Source: Limoniibacter sp.
Lineage (GTDB): Bacteria > Pseudomonadota > Alphaproteobacteria > Rhizobiales > Rhizobiaceae
Direction: 5' to 3'
Assembly: GCA_031374255.1 (NCBI GenBank)
Contig: JANMFT010000102.1
Location: 1 to 63,889, forward strand
DNA length: 63,889 nt
Shown in pieces: positions 58,063 through 63,889 of the stretch. The notes below the pieces were generated by a model, which saw nothing but the letters and a program-made list of their open reading frames with translations, did not search any database and had not been told where the DNA came from. Every line of letters starts with the position of its first letter. Position 1 is the stretch's first letter. The translations under genes and the position numbers were made by a program.

Positions 58063-58401
58063 TCACTCAACCGCCAACTGGACGCGCCCGTCACTAACCC
58101 GAACGGCATGGCAGCGCAGGTTAACGCAAGCCGGGATCCGGATGGCAGCGCCTGTGCGAAAGTTGAAACGCCCATTATGTCTGAGGCATTCAATAGTATC
58201 ATCCATTACCAAACCATCGGCCAGATGCACGCCTTCATGAGTGCACATGCCGTCAGTGGCATGAAAGCTGTCATCTGTGGCGCGGTAAATCGCATAGGTT
58301 TGAGCACCCGCATCAAAGCGCATCACGTCTTCACGGTCGATATCTTCGATACTGCAAACATCAATCCAAATGGTCATATTTGTGGTCATAGTTATCCTCA
58401 A
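58063..58401 (-). CDS. Rieske [2Fe-2S] ferredoxin (MocE-like oxygenase ferredoxin subunit)
   Basis: Rieske ligands CTHEG ... CLRHNG; 112 aa. Confidence 0.88.
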   Translation of the reverse strand: MRITMTTNMTIWIDVCSIEDIDREDVMRFDAGAQTYAIYRATDDSFHATDGMCTHEGVHLADGLVMDDTIECLRHNGRFNFRTGAAIRIPACVNLRCHAVRVSDGRVQLAVE

Positions 58402-58417
58402 GTGTCGCGGGATCTGG

Positions 58418-59563
58418 TCATTCTGCGGCTATGGCCATTTCTAAATTGTGAAATCCGTCTTGGTAGGGGCGTGCGGTTGGCGGCAATGTTTTACGGAAAT
58501 AATGCGCAGGATTGCTGCGTTGCTCGCGCAATGAACGATAGACTTCGAGATAAGCATCGAAAATTGAGCTGTTAGGCGGCGGCAGATCATCCTTGATCAG
58601 CGCGTGTAGCCGCGGCAAAGCGTGATAGGGCACCATCGGGAACATGTGATGTTCAATATGGTAGTTCATGTTCCAGTAAATATACCGGCTGATCGGGTTC
58701 ATATAGACCGTGCGGCTGTTCAGCCGATGGTCGAGAACATTGTCGGCCAGCCCGGCATGCTGCAAATGCCCGCACATCACCATATGCCAGCTGCCATAAA
58801 TGCGCGGCAATCCAATTAGCATCAGCGGTAGCCAAGACCAGAGTGCCAATGCCGCAATGATCGCAATCGCATAGATCGCCATATGAACGCGCGCGGCTAA
58901 CACTGCCTTTGGCCACTCACTGGCGGGAATGTAGTTTTGCTCGTCGGGCGACACGATGCCCACCGAATTGCGGCCTAGGATTTTCAGAGATTGTATCGTG
59001 CCCAAGACATCAAAAAACGCCAATGTCAGCTTCACCAGTTTGGCCGGCCGCATCCATGCAATTTCGGCGTCGCGGCCAACAATATATGTGTCGGTGTGGT
59101 GGCGCGCATGGCTCCAGCGCCAAGTAACGGGGTTGCGCATCACCATAAAGCTGGCAATCTGATAGACCGCATCGTTCATCCATTGGGTACGAAACGCAGT
59201 GCCGTGGCCACATTCGTGCCAGCGGCTGTCGCAGGACGATCCATATAAAACGCTATAAACAAAAAAGAACGGAACACACGCCCAGCTGCCCCAAAACCAT
59301 ATACCTCCAGCTGCCGTGCCAAACAACAAGGCAAACCACAAAGCCGTATCACGCAAAGCAGGGCCATCGCTGCGTTGCATGAGTTCTTTCATGACTTTGC
59401 GCGGTATGTCTGAATGATACCATTCTGCCGATGCCAAACCGATTTCCACAGCGTACCGCCCGTCGCGGCCCAAAAGGCTGTAATCGCGTTTATCCACCGG
59501 GATCGGGGTCAAATCCATTGTCGCACCTTTTTGATTTTCAAAAACTGAATGAGCTGCCGCCAT
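58418..59563 (-). CDS. membrane fatty-acid-desaturase-fold di-iron oxygenase (MocD-like)
   Basis: Three His boxes: HECGH, HARHH and HIEHH. TM segments are present. The ATG immediately follows the upstream stop (TAGATG). Confidence 0.88.
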   Translation of the reverse strand: MAAAHSVFENQKGATMDLTPIPVDKRDYSLLGRDGRYAVEIGLASAEWYHSDIPRKVMKELMQRSDGPALRDTALWFALLFGTAAGGIWFWGSWACVPFFFVYSVLYGSSCDSRWHECGHGTAFRTQWMNDAVYQIASFMVMRNPVTWRWSHARHHTDTYIVGRDAEIAWMRPAKLVKLTLAFFDVLGTIQSLKILGRNSVGIVSPDEQNYIPASEWPKAVLAARVHMAIYAIAIIAALALWSWLPLMLIGLPRIYGSWHMVMCGHLQHAGLADNVLDHRLNSRTVYMNPISRYIYWNMNYHIEHHMFPMVPYHALPRLHALIKDDLPPPNSSIFDAYLEVYRSLREQRSNPAHYFRKTLPPTARPYQDGFHNLEMAIAAE

Positions 59564-60280
59564 CTACCAACCTCCATCTAGGCCAATATTTTGCCCTGAG
59601 ATCATCCGCGCCGAGTCTGAAGCCAGAAACACTGCAAGTTTGGCGACATCGGTTGGTTGAATGCGGGATTTGATCGATTGCCGCTCGATAATCCAGGCAG
59701 CATAGTTCTCAAGGCGTTCAGCAAACACACGGTTTTCGGCTTCAGAAACTACAGCGCCCGGCGCGATTGCATTGACAGTGATGCCATACAATCCAAGTTC
59801 GCGCGCCAGCGCTTTCGTCAGCCCCAAAACTGCACCTTTCGACGCAAGATAGGGTGCATAACCCTCCCACTGTCCATTCAACGCCAGTGAAGTCAGGTTG
59901 ATGATCCGACCCCAGCCTTTTGCCTTCATGGCTGGCGCACAGGCCCGCACCAGCGCGAATACTGCCGATGAATTGACGCGCAGCTGGGTTTCATAATCTT
60001 CTAAACTGAACGCTTCAAACGGCCGATTTATAATCAGAGCGGCGTTGTTGACCAGAATATCAAACGGGCCAGCCGCAACCACTTGGGCTTGTGCAGCCGC
60101 CAAATTATTAAGGTCAACACCGAGCCAGCCCGTACCTTCGGGCAGGGTTGCGGCATCAAGATCTGGGCGGTCAAGAACTGTTACACCTGCACCCGCCGCT
60201 AAAAACGCTTGCACCATCGCTTGCCCAATACAGCCAAGTCCTCCGGTGATGAGCGCATGTTTTCCGGTCAGCTCAATCAT
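59564..60280 (-). CDS. SDR-family oxidoreductase
   Basis: TGGLGCIG cofactor motif and YLASK catalytic motif; 238 aa. Confidence 0.88.
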   Translation of the reverse strand: MIELTGKHALITGGLGCIGQAMVQAFLAAGAGVTVLDRPDLDAATLPEGTGWLGVDLNNLAAAQAQVVAAGPFDILVNNAALIINRPFEAFSLEDYETQLRVNSSAVFALVRACAPAMKAKGWGRIINLTSLALNGQWEGYAPYLASKGAVLGLTKALARELGLYGITVNAIAPGAVVSEAENRVFAERLENYAAWIIERQSIKSRIQPTDVAKLAVFLASDSARMISGQNIGLDGGW

Positions 60281-61018
60281 TTAAAGAACCGTATGGACTT
60301 CATCAATTGAAGTCTCACCAATCGGCTTATCGAGCACCACTTTGCCCAAAGCCATCGCCACAACCCGGTCACAGCAGGCAAACACGTGATGCATATTGTG
60401 GCTGATAAAGATCGACGTTACGCCTTGCGCTTTTAGCCCTTGGACAAAGCCGATTACTTTGGCAGTTTCTTTAACCGACAAATGGTTTGTCGGCTCATCC
60501 AAAATCATCACCTTGGATTTAAAATGCATGGCGCGGGCAATCGCCACTCCTTGGCGCTGGCCGCCGGACAACTCGCCCACGAGCGCGTCAGGCGATCTTA
60601 AATGCAAATCTACATTGGCAATCGCCGCCATAGATTCGGTGCGCATTTTGCGTTCATCGAGAATACCAAATCCGCCCACCGACCATTTGAGCGGCTCGCG
60701 CCCGATGAACATATTGCGCGAAATCGACATGATCGGAACCATCGAATTATATTGGTAGATTGTTTCGATTCCCAGCCGCATCGAATCTTTGGGGTTACGG
60801 ATATCGGTCGCTTTGCCTTCAACCAAAATCTCGCCTTCGTCTTGGTGGTGGAGACCCGACAGAATGTTAATCAGCGTCGATTTACCTGCGCCATTATCGC
60901 CTACCAAACCTAAGGCCTGACCGGGCATCACATCCAGAGAGACGCCTTTCAGCGCATGCACGCCAGAATACCATTTGTGCAAATTACGAACAGAAATAAT
61001 CGGTGTTTCAGTTGTCAT
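60281..61018 (-). CDS. sugar ABC transporter ATP-binding protein (single NBD, FrcA-like)
   Basis: GDNGAGKST, LSGGQRQGVAIARA and MILDEPT; 245 aa. Confidence 0.92.
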   Translation of the reverse strand: MTTETPIISVRNLHKWYSGVHALKGVSLDVMPGQALGLVGDNGAGKSTLINILSGLHHQDEGEILVEGKATDIRNPKDSMRLGIETIYQYNSMVPIMSISRNMFIGREPLKWSVGGFGILDERKMRTESMAAIANVDLHLRSPDALVGELSGGQRQGVAIARAMHFKSKVMILDEPTNHLSVKETAKVIGFVQGLKAQGVTSIFISHNMHHVFACCDRVVAMALGKVVLDKPIGETSIDEVHTVL

Positions 61019-62001
61019 TTCTCAACCTCCACCTTCATGGCGCGGCCACGCTTGCGCAGCCACGAATTGCCGACAACGGCCAAGATTGTGAGTGCACCCA
61101 CGGCAAATTTAAACCAGTTACTATCGACCTGGCTCATCACCATTCCATTATCAATAACGCGGATCAGCACTGCGCCAATAATACCGCCAAGAATCGAGCC
61201 AATGCCCCCGGCCAGCGCCGCGCCGCCAATCACAGCAGCTGCGACGGCTTGCAATTCCAAACCTTCACCGATGGAGGGTAGTGGCGAACCCAATCGCAGC
61301 ACCTGAATTAGACCTGCCAGTCCAGCAAGAACTGAACAAATCATAAAGCAAACGATCTTCACTTTATTTGCAGGTATCCCCAGCGCCTCTGCCGCAGGCA
61401 AATAGCCGCCTGTGGCGCGCACCCAATTTCCGAAATTGGTTTTTGACAGCAGCAGGCTGATGATAATTGAGATGCCCAAAAACCAAAGAAAAGAAGCGCG
61501 GAACAAATCACCGGGGCCGACATAGCTGATGAACAAATGTTCAGGGATATTTGCCATATTCAGCCTTGGCGGAAATCCACCCGAGATGACCACGGTCATC
61601 GACCGCGCCATAAACAGCATGCCCAACGTAGTGATGAAAGAAGGTATTGCAAATTTGATCGTGATCCATCCATTCAGAAACCCGACAAATGCGCTGACCA
61701 ATAAGCCCAGCCCCGTCGCGGGCCAAAACCCCCAACCCGCAACCATCATGACCGCCATCGTCATCGGCATCAGGGCAAATACAGATCCGACCGATAGGTC
61801 AAACTCGCCACAGATCATAAGCAGCGTGACGCCTACCGCCACCAGCCCAACCTCAGGCAAATAGCCAAGCATGCCGCGCATATTGTCATAGCTGAGGAAA
61901 ACCATGTCCGAACGTAACTGAAAGAAAACAACCAATAGCAGCAGCAAAAGGCTTGCCGCCATTTCGGGTTTTTGCAGTGATAACTTCAGGAAACGTCTCA
62001 T
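61015..62001 (-). CDS. sugar ABC transporter permease (RbsC-type)
   Basis: 328-aa polytopic membrane protein; overlaps the ATPase start. Confidence 0.9.
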   Translation of the reverse strand: MRRFLKLSLQKPEMAASLLLLLLVVFFQLRSDMVFLSYDNMRGMLGYLPEVGLVAVGVTLLMICGEFDLSVGSVFALMPMTMAVMMVAGWGFWPATGLGLLVSAFVGFLNGWITIKFAIPSFITTLGMLFMARSMTVVISGGFPPRLNMANIPEHLFISYVGPGDLFRASFLWFLGISIIISLLLSKTNFGNWVRATGGYLPAAEALGIPANKVKIVCFMICSVLAGLAGLIQVLRLGSPLPSIGEGLELQAVAAAVIGGAALAGGIGSILGGIIGAVLIRVIDNGMVMSQVDSNWFKFAVGALTILAVVGNSWLRKRGRAMKVEVEK

Positions 62002-62011
62002 CAGGGCACCT

Positions 62012-62049
62012 TTTCAAAAAAGTCTACGGCGCAAATTGCTGCGCCGTAG
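62012..62049 (-). terminator. intercistronic intrinsic terminator/attenuator after the binding-protein gene
   Basis: Minus strand reads CTACGGCGCA-GCAATT-TGCGCCGTAG (perfect 10-bp stem) followed by ACTTTTTTG. It lies between the binding-protein stop (62070) and the permease start (62001). Confidence 0.6.
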
Positions 62050-62069
62050 GCGTATCCAGTAACGAAAGA

Positions 62070-63047
62070 TCAACGCATACCCTTGGCCGACATTTCCATG
62101 ATGGCATCCACCATAGTTGGCGTTACGATGCCTTGGCCGGTATCAATGTCTGATGGTGCAAGGCCGATTGTTTTGGCCAGATATACCTGCATCACAGGCA
62201 TGAAGCCCTGCATATAAGGCTGCTGATCAACCTGCACTTGCACATAACCTGCTTTCATCTGATCGAGAACTTCCGGCACCAAATCAAAGCCGCCGAGCAG
62301 AACCTTGCCCGGCGCAATACCGCGGTCGGCCAAGACACGGGCAACACCTGCATGCCAAAAACCGGTGTCGAAATATGCGGTGGTTGCAGGGTTTGCCAAG
62401 AGATAGGCACCAACACGGTCACTCACGACCGCAAGGTCGGTGCCAGAGTCAATACGCTCATATTTAATGTCGCGGCTTGGATTGGCTTTGATATATTCAT
62501 CCATGAAGTTCATAACGCCGAGCGCACGTTGCTCTGACCAGTTTTGGCCCGGTGCAGATACGCCCACCAAAACGCGGATCGGGCCCTCGGCCGGGAAATT
62601 TGCCGACTGGGCTTTGCCAAGTGATTTGCCGGCAGCGACAAATCCTTGCCCGATAAACGCTTGACGTGCATTGCCTGCGGCACCCTCTAAATCATCAACG
62701 TTTGAGGCAATCACAACCACACCGGCATCGCGAGCCCGTTTAATGACATCATCAAAAGCAGCATTATCGACAATAGATGTGATCAGCGCATCAGGATTAC
62801 GGGCCAAAGCAGCTTCCATATTAGCCACTTGTTCCTGCACGGAGCCATCGGTTTGCACGTAAACCATCTGACATTTGGCTGAGACCTTGGCGCAGGCGTC
62901 TTCATAGCCTTTTTGCACTGCCTGCCAGAATGTGTTGGACGCGTTAGAATGCACGGTGAAGGCGACATCCAGTGGATCTTGCGCCATAGCGGCGCCTGAA
63001 ACCGTGGACAATAGTGCAACCAAGGCCAATCTTTTTAGGGTTCTCAT
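62070..63047 (-). CDS. periplasmic sugar-binding protein (RbsB/MocB-like)
   Basis: Signal peptide MRTLKRLALVALLSTVSGAAMA; 325 aa. Confidence 0.9.
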   Translation of the reverse strand: MRTLKRLALVALLSTVSGAAMAQDPLDVAFTVHSNASNTFWQAVQKGYEDACAKVSAKCQMVYVQTDGSVQEQVANMEAALARNPDALITSIVDNAAFDDVIKRARDAGVVVIASNVDDLEGAAGNARQAFIGQGFVAAGKSLGKAQSANFPAEGPIRVLVGVSAPGQNWSEQRALGVMNFMDEYIKANPSRDIKYERIDSGTDLAVVSDRVGAYLLANPATTAYFDTGFWHAGVARVLADRGIAPGKVLLGGFDLVPEVLDQMKAGYVQVQVDQQPYMQGFMPVMQVYLAKTIGLAPSDIDTGQGIVTPTMVDAIMEMSAKGMR

Positions 63048-63082
63048 CGTTTGCTCCTCCCATGAAGCGGTTAGCGGCCTTG

Positions 63083-63889
63083 TCAGACCGTAGTTGCGTC
63101 GGACATTCTGCGCGACGTCGTAAAAGCCCGATCCAGATCAGGATGAAGTTCCATCCCCAATCCAGGTCCGGGCGGAACCTTGATCATGCCGTTTTTAACA
63201 GTCGGCAAAGCTGTAACCAGATCGCGGTACCAGCCGCGATAAAACGCCCGCACACCTTCCTGCACCAGCGCATTGGGTGCGTTGAGCGACAGATGCGTGC
63301 TGGCACATAACACCACCGGCCCAGTGCAATCATGCGGGGCTACCGGCAGGTGCCAAGCCTCGGCCATTGACGCTATTTTGCGAGCTTCCGAAATACCGCC
63401 GCACCAGCTTAAATCCATCATGACAACACCGGCGACACCGGTTTCCAAAAGATCACGAAAGCCCCAGCGTGAGCCTAAAGTTTCGGACGCTGAAATTGGT
63501 GCAATTGACGCATTGGCATAGCGCTTTAGGCTCGACAGACTGTCCATTTTAATCGGGTCTTCGTGCCAAAATGTTTGGAAGGGTGCGAGCGCACGGGCGA
63601 TTTGCATCGCTGGCAATAATTGCCATAACCCGTGAAACTCGACCATGATATCCATTTTATCGCCAACGGCCCGGCGGATTTTTTCGAGCGGCTCAAGCGC
63701 TTTTTTGATATCGGGTGCGGAGATATATTGCCCACGCGTTTGCTCTGCGGCGCTGTCAAACGGCCAGATCTTCATCGCCGTGATGCCGTCTTCGAGCAAT
63801 GAGTGCGCCAGCTCGTCTGCACGATGAAGGAAGCCGTTCAAATCGTCAAAATCAGTGTTTTGCCCCAAACCATAATTGGCGGTCACTTG
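63083..63889 (-). CDS. enolase-superfamily (mandelate racemase/muconate lactonizing enzyme family) protein, 5' end outside the window
   Basis: C-terminal barrel domain with metal-ligand-like segments IMVEFHG, FWHEDP and SASETL, plus PVAPHDC. The ORF runs off the right edge. Confidence 0.8.
   Translation of the reverse strand, partial: QVTANYGLGQNTDFDDLNGFLHRADELAHSLLEDGITAMKIWPFDSAAEQTRGQYISAPDIKKALEPLEKIRRAVGDKMDIMVEFHGLWQLLPAMQIARALAPFQTFWHEDPIKMDSLSSLKRYANASIAPISASETLGSRWGFRDLLETGVAGVVMMDLSWCGGISEARKIASMAEAWHLPVAPHDCTGPVVLCASTHLSLNAPNALVQEGVRAFYRGWYRDLVTALPTVKNGMIKVPPGPGLGMELHPDLDRAFTTSRRMSDATTV

Noticed and set aside
1-63889. Looked for CRISPR arrays, rRNA genes, IS elements with terminal inverted repeats, prophage structural genes and a second tRNA
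   Set aside because: None seen by eye. The only RNA gene I can support is tRNA-Leu(CAG), and the only mobility gene is the P4-type integrase.

Overview
Alphaproteobacterial (Hyphomicrobiales/Rhizobiales-like) chromosomal segment in two parts; no rRNA genes or CRISPR arrays were seen. LEFT, 1-26 kb, looks like core genome. A single hand-counted 120-nt sample there gives about 50% GC. It carries putA, a PAS-GGDEF diguanylate cyclase, and a barrel-less (type III-like) cellulose synthase operon: bcsA-bcsB-bcsZ, a TPR protein and an oversized lipoprotein. These are followed by fpr, a LapG-like periplasmic cysteine protease, comM preceded by an alpha-type SOS box, mepA, and the run glk / ABC exporter / dapB / gpmA / serine hydrolase. 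At 26.1 kb a tRNA-Leu(CAG) is followed by a P4-type tyrosine integrase whose start codon abuts a striking array of 12-nt repeats. RIGHT, 26-64 kb, is a mosaic of accessory modules with visibly different base composition. (i) A decayed GC-rich junction holds a CrtA-like orphan gene and an SDR gene with an aberrant 3' end. (ii) A GntR-controlled aldose/aldonate plus Uxu/KdgK catabolic island has a three-site operator regulon. (iii) A low-GC cassette of three co-directional genes has no recognisable function. (iv) A sugar uptake/kinase locus is divergently paired with a SAF-domain dehydrogenase and an acetoin-dehydrogenase-like TPP E1ab / double-lipoyl AcoC-like complex under a SorC regulator. 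(v) A second sugar ABC locus carries a MocD/MocE-like desaturase-fold oxygenase plus Rieske ferredoxin pair, a divergent PanB paralogue and an enolase-superfamily gene that runs off the window. My best candidates for an undescribed system are the Aco-like sugar-cleavage locus (45.5-57.1 kb), the low-GC cassette (43.7-45.5 kb) and the MocDE-like locus (57.2-63.9 kb). All functional calls rest on motif recognition by eye; no database search was possible.
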